This document shows positions 11,527-20,906 of a DNA stretch of 64,000 nt, piece after piece. This DNA comes from a bacterium (GTDB taxonomy: Bacteria > Hydrothermota > UBA3073 > JACQXS01 > JAGMCI01). A program made the translations under genes and the position numbers. Each line of letters begins with the position of its first letter. The first letter of the stretch is position 1. Where the stretch lies: assembly GCA_030018315.1 (NCBI GenBank), contig JASEGA010000001.1, forward strand, positions 12,673 through 76,672, in the 5' to 3' direction. The notes under the pieces are model-generated. The model searched no databases and had not been told where the DNA came from. It saw only the letters and a list, made by a program, of their open reading frames with translations.

Positions 11527-12627
11527 ATGAAAGGAATAGCAGTTAAGGATTTCAAAAACAAAAAGGGGGTTTCAAAGATTCTTGAAGAAAACTCAAAGTT
11601 TTGGGAAACAGACATTGTGGAAGATGTATCTAAGAATAAACTTGTTCATATTTATAGAGTATATTTTGACAAGGAAGGTAAACCGATAGTAGTTAAAACC
11701 TATGATAAAAAAGGTAGAAGCTTGAGTCGTATTGGCATTGGGATAGAAGAGTCAAATACTCCCACAACTTCAAAAGGAAGAGTAGTATACATATATCGTA
11801 AGAAGAACAAAAGAGATAAATTAGAGGATGGGATATATTATAATTTTATAGTGCATAACAAGAATGGCAAAGAATTAGAACGTGCAGAGTATTACGGGGA
11901 AAAGCTATATAAGAAATGTAAAAGAGATAGGAAGGGAAAGAAGATTGAATTAAGTTACGGCTATGATATAAATGGAACACTTGAAAACACATGTAAAAAC
12001 TATTACGACAAAAATGAGAATATAATAAAGCAAGAGTCTTCCTTTAAAGGATTATATGGTTGGGACATTGGAGAGCATAGAATATTCTATTATGACAAGA
12101 ACTCAAGGCTTATAAGGACAGAAATATTTTCAAATGGTAAACTTAGGAGTGTAGAACATCGCAAATATTCTAAAAAAGGAAACTTAATAGAGATAAAATC
12201 TAAGTGGTTAAAAGAATCTCATGCTACGATTTATCTCTGGGATGAAGAGAGCAATCTTATTCAACAAGAACTTATATATTCTAATTCCATTCTGCTCTGG
12301 AAAATAAATTATGTATACGACCAGTCGAAAAGGTTAGTTAAAAAGGACTGGTTTAATTCTGAAGGCAGTCTTAAAATATGGGAAACATATGAGTATAATG
12401 AGAATAACAGAATCGCTAAGGAGGAAAAACTGAATTCCGACCACGAAGGTGATAGATGCACTACATACGAATATGATGAGAAAGGCAGGAAAGTTAGAGA
12501 AAATTGGCTTATGAAGTTTCCTGTTGATCCTACCTGCTCTGAACAGACTAATGTGTATAAATATGATGAAAGAGGGAGATTAGTTGAAGAATTATGGGAG
12601 AGTAGAAATAACTTTCCTTTAAAATAG
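11527..12627 (+). CDS. YD-repeat / MORN-like repeat protein (366 aa, no signal peptide)
   Basis: Repeated xYxYDxxGRxV..E.W units: TTYEYDEKGRKVRENW, NVYKYDERGRLVEELWE, IFYYDKNSRLIRTEIF, YGYDINGTLEN. Confidence 0.5.
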   Translation: MKGIAVKDFKNKKGVSKILEENSKFWETDIVEDVSKNKLVHIYRVYFDKEGKPIVVKTYDKKGRSLSRIGIGIEESNTPTTSKGRVVYIYRKKNKRDKLEDGIYYNFIVHNKNGKELERAEYYGEKLYKKCKRDRKGKKIELSYGYDINGTLENTCKNYYDKNENIIKQESSFKGLYGWDIGEHRIFYYDKNSRLIRTEIFSNGKLRSVEHRKYSKKGNLIEIKSKWLKESHATIYLWDEESNLIQQELIYSNSILLWKINYVYDQSKRLVKKDWFNSEGSLKIWETYEYNENNRIAKEEKLNSDHEGDRCTTYEYDEKGRKVRENWLMKFPVDPTCSEQTNVYKYDERGRLVEELWESRNNFPLK

Positions 12628-12738
12628 AATGAAAGGAATTACAGTTATGAATATATATCAGATGAGGAAATAGATTTAATTGAAAAAGATGTAGGTATAG
12701 TTGAACAAATTTTTGACAAAACTTGGTTAGAGTGAATT

Positions 12739-12810
12739 GCCGGTGTAACTCAGTGGTAGAGTAGCTGTTTTGTAAACAGCAGGTCGTCAGTTCAATTCTG
12801 ACTACCGGCT
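12739..12810 (+). tRNA. tRNA-Thr (anticodon UGU)
   Basis: Acceptor stem is gccggtg/taccggc. Anticodon stem is gctgt/acagc with loop ttTGTaa. Short variable loop, T-arm GGTCGTCAGTTCAATTCTGAC. Confidence 0.75.
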
Positions 12811-12954
12811 TAGACAATAAGGAGGTGAAAGATGGGATGCAAAGTGACTAAGAATTTGGGATTACCAAGTATTGGATGCGTCAGGTCTAAAGAAGAACAA
12901 TGCAAAGATGGATATAGAAAAGATGCATGTTCATTCCCTTGATATTACAAATCC

Positions 12955-13200
12955 TTGCAACCAGAAGAAAATGATGATAATTGGATAAAAGATTGGAAAA
13001 AGGAGTTACTTGACAAACTCCAAAATTTTTACAAGAATGGTAAAATTAAGGGGCGGTGCAACCCACACGTACCTGAGATTGAAAAACAGATTGGGGAAAT
13101 TTTAGAAAAAGCAGGTAAAAAGAAAGAAGGATTTCCTGAATTAGAAAAGGAAGGGAAAAAGAGTATCCCAATCTTTCTACACGAACAGGAGAAAATATAA
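12955..13200 (+). CDS. Hypothetical Lys/Glu-rich small protein (81 aa)
   Basis: ORF only; low complexity. Confidence 0.2.
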   Translation: MQPEENDDNWIKDWKKELLDKLQNFYKNGKIKGRCNPHVPEIEKQIGEILEKAGKKKEGFPELEKEGKKSIPIFLHEQEKI

Positions 13201-13542
13201 TGTTGGAGTAGATTGCTTGGCTCGGACAAAAGATAATAAATTCTTGGTTATGGTTGAATTTAAAGCGTATTTTACAGATACAAACTCCATCCGTAGTGCA
13301 GTACTCCATAGAATGTTTCTTAAGGAATTGGGTGAAAAGGAAAAGATGTGTCCTTATAAAAAGATTCTATATTTACTATGTAAGTATCGATTGGAGAGAT
13401 TTTTTGAACGATTTATAGAAAGAGGAAGAGAAGAAAAAAGGCAAAAAGAAAGTGAGTCTTCCATTGATGAAATGGGCAGTTGATAAAAAGTATATAGATG
13501 GCTTCTATGGACTCAAACAAATACAAAAACTGCTAAACGACA

Positions 13543-14235
13543 TTGGGAGAAAGTACAAAAATGAGAAATAAGAATGGAAAAGAAGTGATTGAAGAAACTA
13601 AAGGGCTTTGGGATGTTTTTCATATACCGAGAGAAGAAATAAATAAGCGTACTGATGAAGCGATGAAAAATCCACCATTCAAAAAAGAAATTGAGCAATT
13701 GCTAAAGGAAGTACCATTATCAAAAGTAAATAGGGCAAAAACTTTATGGGATAAATGGTACAAAGAGTATATAAAAAATGAAGAATTGGAGCAAATTTAT
13801 CGTGCATTTTGCTCAAGTCTTAAGACAAGACACTCTTACTGGAGATTTAAGTCAGCTTCTCTCTTGTTCTTGTATATTTACGGGTATGTATCGGATGAAG
13901 AATTAGACTTAATTGAAAAGGATATAGATAACAGCGGGCAAATTTTTGATAAACATAGAGAAGACCTACAAGCAGTTAAAGAAATAAATGATACTTTTAA
14001 AGATGCAACCTTTTGGAGCCATATTCCTATGAATATATCTTGTTTAGCAATTGGTGCAAGTATTGCATTTACAAGGGCAGTGAAAGTGATTTTGGATGTG
14101 ATAGAGAGATTACACAAAAATAAGGACTATAGAGAAGGTCATTATTATGGTGGAGTAATTGATCGGGATGAAGCTATATTACTCCAGGGCTACCCATATG
14201 ATTGGCTCAAAAAAGGAGGGAAAGAGGCTTTGTGA
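13543..14235 (+). CDS. Hypothetical protein (230 aa)
   Basis: ORF with no recognisable motif. Last gene of the putative island. Confidence 0.35.
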   Translation: MGESTKMRNKNGKEVIEETKGLWDVFHIPREEINKRTDEAMKNPPFKKEIEQLLKEVPLSKVNRAKTLWDKWYKEYIKNEELEQIYRAFCSSLKTRHSYWRFKSASLLFLYIYGYVSDEELDLIEKDIDNSGQIFDKHREDLQAVKEINDTFKDATFWSHIPMNISCLAIGASIAFTRAVKVILDVIERLHKNKDYREGHYYGGVIDRDEAILLQGYPYDWLKKGGKEAL

Positions 14236-14273
14236 AAACAGAAAGAAAAAGAAAGCAAATAAAGAGTTAAAAT

Positions 14274-14325
14274 GAGGGACGAGGGGCGCTACGAATGTTT
14301 ATCTGGCTGTTCCTCTCGTTCCCTC
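14274..14325. other. Strong imperfect hairpin (13-bp stem gagggacgagggg / cctctcgttccctc, 25-nt loop) downstream of the island
   Basis: Paired by hand with one bulge and one G-U. There is no U-tract on the plus strand. Confidence 0.4.
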
Positions 14326-14462
14326 TGATAAAGTAAACGCAATCTATCAGTGTAGTTGATTATCACTCTAAATCCAATTATATCAGGTAACTCTCTGCCA
14401 GCCCAAAATGGCTTTTAACTTGACAAAGTCGGTGGTTTGACATATTTTATCTTACAAACACT

Positions 14463-16313
14463 ATGGCATATTCTATACTAACAATCTTATTAATAGGGAT
14501 TCTGGAAGAAAGTTGGCAGCCTGCATTATTTGATGCTTTAAGTTACATTAAAATGACTCCTCAAGATGTCTATATTACTTCACAACCTTCAGATACATTT
14601 TGCCTTCCATTGGTTCTTGACCTCCTAAAAAGACCTATCCAGTCTCCCAAAGTTGTTGATTCCATCGCTTTAACACTTAAAGATGCTGAACTCAGCGAGC
14701 TTGTAGATATAGCAGGTATATGTATAAATTCTACTTTATCTGATAGTAGTCGAGTTCACTTGGACTCGTTAGCGGCAAAACGAGCTCTACAACTACATAA
14801 GGAGCCACTACAATTTTTGCTTTCCCAAATTACTCTTGCAAATAATTTATTAAAGAGAACGACAGCACAACTTGATTCTTCTGAATTAAACTTCTTAAAA
14901 GAGAATTTACCTAAGATTATACTTGAAGACACTACATTTAAGGACAAAAATCCGTATGAAAAAAAGATTGCAGAGGAAGAAAGTAAAGAAATAGTTAAGA
15001 AATGCCTTAATCTTTTGAAAAAAGTGAATAGAGATGAAATTATGCTATCCGCTTATGTAATTGGAAATGCTATTACACAAACCCTTCCTGGTAGGGACAC
15101 GCCGTGGCGTGTCCCTACAATTAAATATGAAGGAAAGGTTGTAACTCCTGTTGCTACAGGTGATGTTGTCTTTGCTAAGCGTATGGAATATGGATGGATT
15201 GTGATTGGTGGCCCCGGTGAGACTATATATACTGGAGACCCTGCTGTAGTTATTGACCTCGGTGGTGATGATAAATACTATGGTAAAGTAGGAAGTGGGT
15301 CCTCCGGAGTTTCAGTGTGTATTGATTTCTCTGGTAATGACTTATATCTCTCATCTATGGATTACAATTTAGGGTCAGGCTTCTTTGGAGTAGGATTCTT
15401 ATTGGACTTTGAGGGCAATGATATATACTCCTCCGGTAACTTTTCTCATGGCTCCGGATTAGTAGGGGTAGGAATTCTATGGGATACTCAAGGTAATGAC
15501 AAGTATTTTTCTGATACCCATTCTCAAGGAGCAGGCAGTTTTGGGGTAGGAGTTTTGAAAGATTTGAGCGGTAACGATTCTTATCATGGTGCACTTTATG
15601 TACAAGGATTTGGTGGCACTTTCGGGTTTGGTGCTCTCGTGGATTCAGCTGGTAATGATGTTTATTATGCAGGCGGAAAATATAAGGATTGGCTTAGATA
15701 TGAGGACCACTTTTTGTCACTATCTCAAGGTTTTGGTTATGGGATAAGACCTTATGCATCAGGTGGTATTGGAATATTAGCAGATTTTCATGGAAATGAT
15801 TCCTATGTATCAGACATTTTTGGTCAGGGTTGCTCTTATTGGTATGCTTTGGGAGGGCTTATAGATTACGAGGGTAATGATGTGTACAGCTCATACCAAT
15901 ATGCACAAGGGGCAGGTGTCCACATTGGAATTGGTGTTCTTATTGATAAATTTGGGGATGACAGTTATTTTGCAAAAGGTGTATCACAGGGGTGTGGTCA
16001 TGATTATGCGACTGGAATCCTTATAGATGGTGGTGGAAATGACTCCTATTCAGCTTACGATTTATCTCAAGGTGCAGGTAATGCAAATGCTGTCTCAATA
16101 CTTATAGATATAGATGGCAATGATAATTATCTTATAAGAGATAAAGAAACTACACATGGATTTAGTGATTTAAGGCGAGATTTTGGTGGTATTGGAGTGA
16201 TACTCGACCTCGGAGGCAAGGATAAGTATTCAGGATATGGTGATAACAATTCAATATGGGTACACTCAACTTATGGGGTCGGTATAGATAAAGAAATAGA
16301 AAGTTTAAAATGA
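14463..16313 (+). CDS. Repeat protein with about 12 units of a 23-residue GNDxY...QG.G..G.G.L.D motif (FG-GAP-like / beta-propeller or beta-helix-like) after a 230-aa N-terminal domain
   Basis: Repeat units: GGDDKYYG, SGNDLYL, EGNDIYSS, QGNDKYFS, SGNDSYHG, AGNDVYYAG, HGNDSYVSD, EGNDVYSSY, FGDDSYFAKG, GGNDSYSAY, DGNDNYLI, GGKDKYSGYG. Contains the 28-bp palindrome in frame at 15091-15118. Confidence 0.55.
   Translation: MAYSILTILLIGILEESWQPALFDALSYIKMTPQDVYITSQPSDTFCLPLVLDLLKRPIQSPKVVDSIALTLKDAELSELVDIAGICINSTLSDSSRVHLDSLAAKRALQLHKEPLQFLLSQITLANNLLKRTTAQLDSSELNFLKENLPKIILEDTTFKDKNPYEKKIAEEESKEIVKKCLNLLKKVNRDEIMLSAYVIGNAITQTLPGRDTPWRVPTIKYEGKVVTPVATGDVVFAKRMEYGWIVIGGPGETIYTGDPAVVIDLGGDDKYYGKVGSGSSGVSVCIDFSGNDLYLSSMDYNLGSGFFGVGFLLDFEGNDIYSSGNFSHGSGLVGVGILWDTQGNDKYFSDTHSQGAGSFGVGVLKDLSGNDSYHGALYVQGFGGTFGFGALVDSAGNDVYYAGGKYKDWLRYEDHFLSLSQGFGYGIRPYASGGIGILADFHGNDSYVSDIFGQGCSYWYALGGLIDYEGNDVYSSYQYAQGAGVHIGIGVLIDKFGDDSYFAKGVSQGCGHDYATGILIDGGGNDSYSAYDLSQGAGNANAVSILIDIDGNDNYLIRDKETTHGFSDLRRDFGGIGVILDLGGKDKYSGYGDNNSIWVHSTYGVGIDKEIESLK
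15091..15118. repeat. GTAGGGACACGCC-gt-GGCGTGTCCCTAC 28-bp palindromic element, in frame (encodes GRDTPWRVPT)
   Basis: Read directly: 13-bp perfect arms and a 2-nt centre. Confidence 0.85.
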
Positions 16314-17221
16314 AAAAGTCAAAATTATTGTCCAAAATTAAAATATACCTTTGCTTCCTTCTGGTTACTATCTGTTTTCTTACTGCTTCTGCCTATCAAC
16401 TCTCACCTATGGACAGCCTATTTGTCAGGGCTTCGACTGGTGAAATAAAATATTTACAATGGAATAAGCCTGCAAGGGATAGTTTTGTTAATTTAGGTGA
16501 AACTGCTATCCCTTATCTCCTTAAGAAATTAGATACTGATGATGCAAGGGAGCAACATACATTGATTGATATACTCAAAAAAATGAAAGTGTATGCAGTA
16601 GCTCCTCTTATTTCAAAAGCAAGTGAAGGTGACAGAGGTAGCAAGCTTGCTGTTTATGTACTTGGTGAGATTGGTGATACCCTTGCTGTGTCACCATTAC
16701 TGAGTTTACTTGATAAAGGCGACTGGCAGTTAAAAGCTAATTGTTTAGTTGCATTAGGAAAAATTGGCGACATAAGGGCGACTTATAAGATTATTCCATA
16801 CGTACAGGACACTATACTTTCTATAAGAAGGAGTGCAAGTATTGCTTTATCAAAGTTAGGCGACTCTACATCAACTAAATCATTGGTTAATGCTATCTTT
16901 GATTCCTGTTATTCTGTGAGATTTGCTGCTTCATCTGGTTTGATAAAGATTGGACAATCTGCCGTTAATCCACTTATTAAAAGTCTAACTACAGCTCTTC
17001 CTCCAATAAACTACCTGATTATCTACACTCTCGGTGAAATAAAAGATAAAAAAGCTATCACTGAGCTTAGGAAGTTACTCAAATCTTCTGATTCAAAAGT
17101 TCGTGGTTTTACAGTGGAAGCACTTGGTAAGTTAGGTGATTATAAAACAATTAAAAAGTTGCATCAAGACGAACAAAATGGGTTTGTAAAAGACAAGTTA
17201 AAAGAGGCGCTTGAACATTAG
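16310..17221 (+). CDS. HEAT-repeat (PBS-lyase-like) protein with N-terminal signal/anchor. Translationally coupled to the upstream repeat protein (ATGA overlap).
   Basis: Repeated A..LG.IGD..A..PL..LL.D motifs. The start overlaps the upstream stop. Confidence 0.65.
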   Translation: MKKSKLLSKIKIYLCFLLVTICFLTASAYQLSPMDSLFVRASTGEIKYLQWNKPARDSFVNLGETAIPYLLKKLDTDDAREQHTLIDILKKMKVYAVAPLISKASEGDRGSKLAVYVLGEIGDTLAVSPLLSLLDKGDWQLKANCLVALGKIGDIRATYKIIPYVQDTILSIRRSASIALSKLGDSTSTKSLVNAIFDSCYSVRFAASSGLIKIGQSAVNPLIKSLTTALPPINYLIIYTLGEIKDKKAITELRKLLKSSDSKVRGFTVEALGKLGDYKTIKKLHQDEQNGFVKDKLKEALEH

Positions 17222-17742
17222 AGACTGGCAATTTTATTTATAATTTTAGTAGTTGAATATCCAGGTACTTTTGGTATTATGACAACTTTACCACCTTCTT
17301 TTTGCACGATCTCTCTACCAACTATTTCGTTTATTTTATAATCCCCTCCTTTTACAAGGATATCCGGCTTTATAGTCTCTATTAACTTTTGTGGTGTAGA
17401 CTCGTCAAACAAGACTATATAGTCAACAAATGAAATAGCACAAAGAACTGCTGCTCTATCTTTTTCGTTAAAAATTGGTCGTCCTTTACTTTTAAATTTT
17501 TTTATAGAATTGTCAGTATTTAATCCAACTATTAGTATATCACCAAGCTCTTTTGCTCTATGTAGACACTCAATGTGGCCACGATGAATTATATCAAAAC
17601 ATCCATTAGTAAACACAACAACCTTACCTTCCACTTTTGCCTTTTTACGAATCTTCACTATTTCCTTTATTTTAACAACAGCACAGTCATCCTTCGCCAA
17701 GTTATGCTTAATTTCGTGTTTCCTCATCTTGTCTCCTTGCAA
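17218..17742 (-). CDS. hldC: D-glycero-beta-D-manno-heptose 1-phosphate adenylyltransferase (RfaE/HldE domain II, standalone)
   Basis: VVFTNGCFDIIHRGHIECLHRAKELGDILIVGLNTD cytidylyltransferase motif. Confidence 0.8.
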   Translation of the reverse strand: MQGDKMRKHEIKHNLAKDDCAVVKIKEIVKIRKKAKVEGKVVVFTNGCFDIIHRGHIECLHRAKELGDILIVGLNTDNSIKKFKSKGRPIFNEKDRAAVLCAISFVDYIVLFDESTPQKLIETIKPDILVKGGDYKINEIVGREIVQKEGGKVVIIPKVPGYSTTKIINKIASL

Positions 17743-17763
17743 AAAATCGAACCTAATTTTTAT

Positions 17764-18409
17764 TTATATTCTGTTATTTAGAATTTCTTTTATTTTAGAT
17801 GCTTTCTTTTTACCAATTAATGGAACTTTGGCAAGTTCCTCTTGAGATGCAAGTAAAATTTCTGAAAGACTTTTATATCTTGTGAGTAGTTCGTGAGTTA
17901 ACTTTGGGCCAATACCAGGAAAGGCTTCAAGTATTCTTTCAAGTTCTTTCTTTAGAGTTAGAGCTTTGGGTTTTGGATAAATTGAGATTTCTGGTCTTAT
18001 AAGTTGTTCTTGTTTAGCAATTGTGAACAGGAATTTAGCTGTATCAGTAGTATTCATAGTGAAAAGGATTGGCATCCTGTGATTCACTGCTATCATTGAG
18101 AGCGCTCCCCTTATTCCTGCTGGATAAACTCCTTTTACTTTGTATAGATTGTAGCCTTCAATAAGTAGTAATGGACGCTCAAATGCATCTTTCAGGTCTA
18201 CAATTTACCTAAATAGCCTCTTAGTCTTAATTGAGCTAACAAAGTCAAATGCGGTCTTTCGTTCCACACATACTCTATCAGAAAGCAGGTAGTCACCTAT
18301 TTGCATAGATTGCTGAATAACATTTATTCCTTTAGCTATTAAGATATCTATAATCCCTGATGTCTTTTTCCCTAACATCAGCATAAATTGTAATAACTTT
18401 GGATTTCAT
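17764..18409 (-). pseudogene. ERCC4/XPF-Hef-type nuclease with C-terminal HhH2 domain, disrupted by a +1 frameshift (near 18355) and an internal TAA (about 18203)
   Basis: Three minus-strand fragments: MKSKVITIYADVREKD; then SGIIDILIAKGINVIQQSMQIGDYLLSDRVCVERKTAFDFVSSIKTKRLFR*IVDLKDAFERPLLLIEGY (ERCC4 GDY..ERK motifs); then MIAVNHRMPILFT..AKQEQ..HhH. Confidence 0.6.
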
Positions 18410-18432
18410 GATATATCAAGAAAAAAGTAAAT

Positions 18433-19431
18433 CTATTTAGAAAATCCCATACCGACTGCTTGGGATAATTCGTCGTAGGTAACGGGAACAGCACCAAATT
18501 TATTCACTTCAATTCCTGCAGTAAAATTTGCTATGTAGGCTGCTTCTAAGAATGACGCTCCCGCCGCCAGTGCCATTGTGGCGCCTGCAATTGCTGCATC
18601 ACCTGCTGCAGTTTCATCGTAAACTTCGCGTGCTTTAGTTGAAATCATATGTTTACCTTTAGAGTCAAAAAGTGCCATCCCATCTTTACCTAAAGTGATA
18701 AGAACAGATTTACATTTTAGTCTTTCTTTCAGCTTTTGTCCTATTTCTTTGATATTTTTTGAACTGAGTTTTACTCCTAATGCAAATTCAATCTCTCTTC
18801 TATTTGGTTTAAATAAAGTGACACCCTCGTATTCAAAGAAATGCTCAAATTTTGGGTCAGCAGTTATAATTTTGTCAGGAACTGCACAAATTATCTTTTT
18901 AATAATTCTACTATCAAGTGTTCCTTTGTCATAATCCTCAAAAAGTACAGCATCAAATTCAGCTTTTACTGAGTTTACGAACCCAATAATATTATTCACT
19001 ACCTTTTTTGATATAGGATGCTTCTTTTCTCTATCTATTCTTGCTATCTGTTGATGTAATGTTTCAACTACTAATCGTGTCTTAACTGTTGTTGGCCTTG
19101 TAGAATCAACGAATATACCAGAAATATCCATTTTCTTTTCCCTTAGTATTTCTTTTAACCTCTTCCCTGCGTTGTCATCTCCAACAACTCCCACAAGCAA
19201 AGGACTACCTTTTAAACAATAGATATTGCAAGCTACGTTAGCAGCTCCACCTGGGTTTTGTGATTCCTTTGTAACCTCTATGATAGGGACAGGTGCTTCC
19301 GGGGAGATACGGTCTACATTCCCCCAGATATACTCATCTAACATTATGTCACCAATTACTAAGATTTTTTTACCCTTAAATTTTTGAATTACGCCATTAA
19401 ATTCCATTTTTTTTATGATAAAATAACCCAC
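18433..19431 (-). CDS. hldA: D-glycero-beta-D-manno-heptose-7-phosphate kinase (RfaE/HldE domain I, PfkB-family sugar kinase)
   Basis: GDIMLDEYIWGNVDRISPEAPVP. Carries a PfkB-type GAGD signature near the C-terminus. Confidence 0.8.
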   Translation of the reverse strand: MGYFIIKKMEFNGVIQKFKGKKILVIGDIMLDEYIWGNVDRISPEAPVPIIEVTKESQNPGGAANVACNIYCLKGSPLLVGVVGDDNAGKRLKEILREKKMDISGIFVDSTRPTTVKTRLVVETLHQQIARIDREKKHPISKKVVNNIIGFVNSVKAEFDAVLFEDYDKGTLDSRIIKKIICAVPDKIITADPKFEHFFEYEGVTLFKPNRREIEFALGVKLSSKNIKEIGQKLKERLKCKSVLITLGKDGMALFDSKGKHMISTKAREVYDETAAGDAAIAGATMALAAGASFLEAAYIANFTAGIEVNKFGAVPVTYDELSQAVGMGFSK

Positions 19432-19440
19432 ATTTCCAAA

Positions 19441-19484
19441 ATTGTCAAGTTTTTGCTTGACAATGAGTGATTGGTAAATATAAT
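19441..19484 (+). promoter_or_regulatory. Divergent promoter region. Operator-like palindrome ATTGTCAAG-N6-CTTGACAAT overlaps a TTGACA -35 box; TATAAT at 19479-19484 (spacer about 15 nt).
   Basis: Read directly. 9-bp perfect inverted repeat between hldA (-) and tilS (+). Confidence 0.4.
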
Positions 19485-19511
19485 TTAATTTATTGATTTC
19501 TGTTTACATCA

Positions 19512-20906
19512 ATGAAAATGATTAATCAAGTACTACAAACTATAAAAAAATATAAACTACTCGCCCCCTATGACAGAGTTCTTATTGCTGTATCTGGTGG
19601 GCCTGACTCAATGTGTTTACTTTGGGTTCTCAAAGATATTAAAGATATTTATTCTTTGGAACTTAGTATTGCTCATCTTAATCACTGTCTAAGGAAAGAG
19701 GCAGCTCAAGAGGCAACTTTTGTTAAAAGGATAGCTCAAAAGATTGGGATTCCTTGCTATATTGAAGAAAGAGATGTTAGACATTATGCAAAAGCTTACA
19801 AACTCTCATTAGAAGAGATGGCAAGGTATGTGAGATATGCATTCTTAGAGGAAGTTGCCCTAAAATCTGGTATGAATAAGATTGCTGTCGGTCATACAGC
19901 AAACGATGAAATTGAAACTCTTATACTTAGAATTGTTAAGGGAACTGGTCTTAAAGGGCTATCGTTAATTCCACCCAAACGTGGCAAGATTATAAGACCG
20001 TTAATAGAGACGGATAGGAGTGACGTACTGAGATTTCTTGATAGCCAAAAAATACCGTATCAAGTAGATAAATCAAATTACGATATCTCATACCCACGTA
20101 ACTTTGTGAGACATAAGATTATACCTTTACTTTCTGAATTTGCGTCTGACTTATCAAAAAAGGTTATCCGATTAAGAGATATTTTAGAAGCTGATGAAGA
20201 GCTTCTTGAGCGCATCGCAAAAGAGAAGCTACAAGCTATAACATTGGAAAGTAAAAAAATGGGACGGGTTCTTGACTTGGTAAAATTCTCAACAACTGAA
20301 TTACCAATAAAAAGGAGAATTTTAAGAGAAGTCATAGAAGAGTTGAGTCCAATTCATAAGGGCCCTCCTTCTTTTGAACAAATAGAGAATACCCTTAATT
20401 ACATAGATAAGGGTAACTCTATGAGTTCGTTTAATTTACGAGGAGTAAAGATTGAAAAGAGCTACGGGAAGCTTCTTATAACACGGATGGATGCAGATGC
20501 AAAATCACTCCCGATTAAGTCGGAACACTCCATAAAAGAAACTGAATTCCTGGTTCCCGGTGAAATTGAAATAAACGGGCTAAAAATTAAATCCCGTATT
20601 TGCACTATGCGGAAAAAGTTTAATTTTGACAACCCAAACAAAGTTTATTTTGACCTTGCTAATCTAAAGCTACCACTTTTTATCAGGGGTAGAAAAAATG
20701 GTGATATATTTTATGGTCTTAATTATGCGAAAAAGTTAAAAGATGTTTTTATTGATGACAAGATACCAAGAGAAGATAGGTCAAGGATTCCATTACTTTT
20801 AGACCGTGAAGGCATTTTATGGATTATTGGCAAAAGGAGAACACGTAGAGCACTGATAGGAGAGCATACTACTCAGGTGCTTGAAGTATGGGCAGAAGAG
20901 ATTTAA
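19512..20906 (+). CDS. tilS: tRNA(Ile)-lysidine synthetase
   Basis: PP-loop SGGPDSMCLL and a TilS C-terminal domain. Confidence 0.85.
   Translation: MKMINQVLQTIKKYKLLAPYDRVLIAVSGGPDSMCLLWVLKDIKDIYSLELSIAHLNHCLRKEAAQEATFVKRIAQKIGIPCYIEERDVRHYAKAYKLSLEEMARYVRYAFLEEVALKSGMNKIAVGHTANDEIETLILRIVKGTGLKGLSLIPPKRGKIIRPLIETDRSDVLRFLDSQKIPYQVDKSNYDISYPRNFVRHKIIPLLSEFASDLSKKVIRLRDILEADEELLERIAKEKLQAITLESKKMGRVLDLVKFSTTELPIKRRILREVIEELSPIHKGPPSFEQIENTLNYIDKGNSMSSFNLRGVKIEKSYGKLLITRMDADAKSLPIKSEHSIKETEFLVPGEIEINGLKIKSRICTMRKKFNFDNPNKVYFDLANLKLPLFIRGRKNGDIFYGLNYAKKLKDVFIDDKIPREDRSRIPLLLDREGILWIIGKRRTRRALIGEHTTQVLEVWAEEI

Noticed and set aside
12739-12810. tRNA read as tRNA-Tyr (GUA) from an alternative anticodon-stem pairing
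   Set aside because: That pairing gives a 5-nt loop. The 5-bp stem gctgt/acagc gives a proper 7-nt loop ttTGTaa, so Thr-UGU. The short variable arm also argues against a bacterial class II Tyr tRNA.
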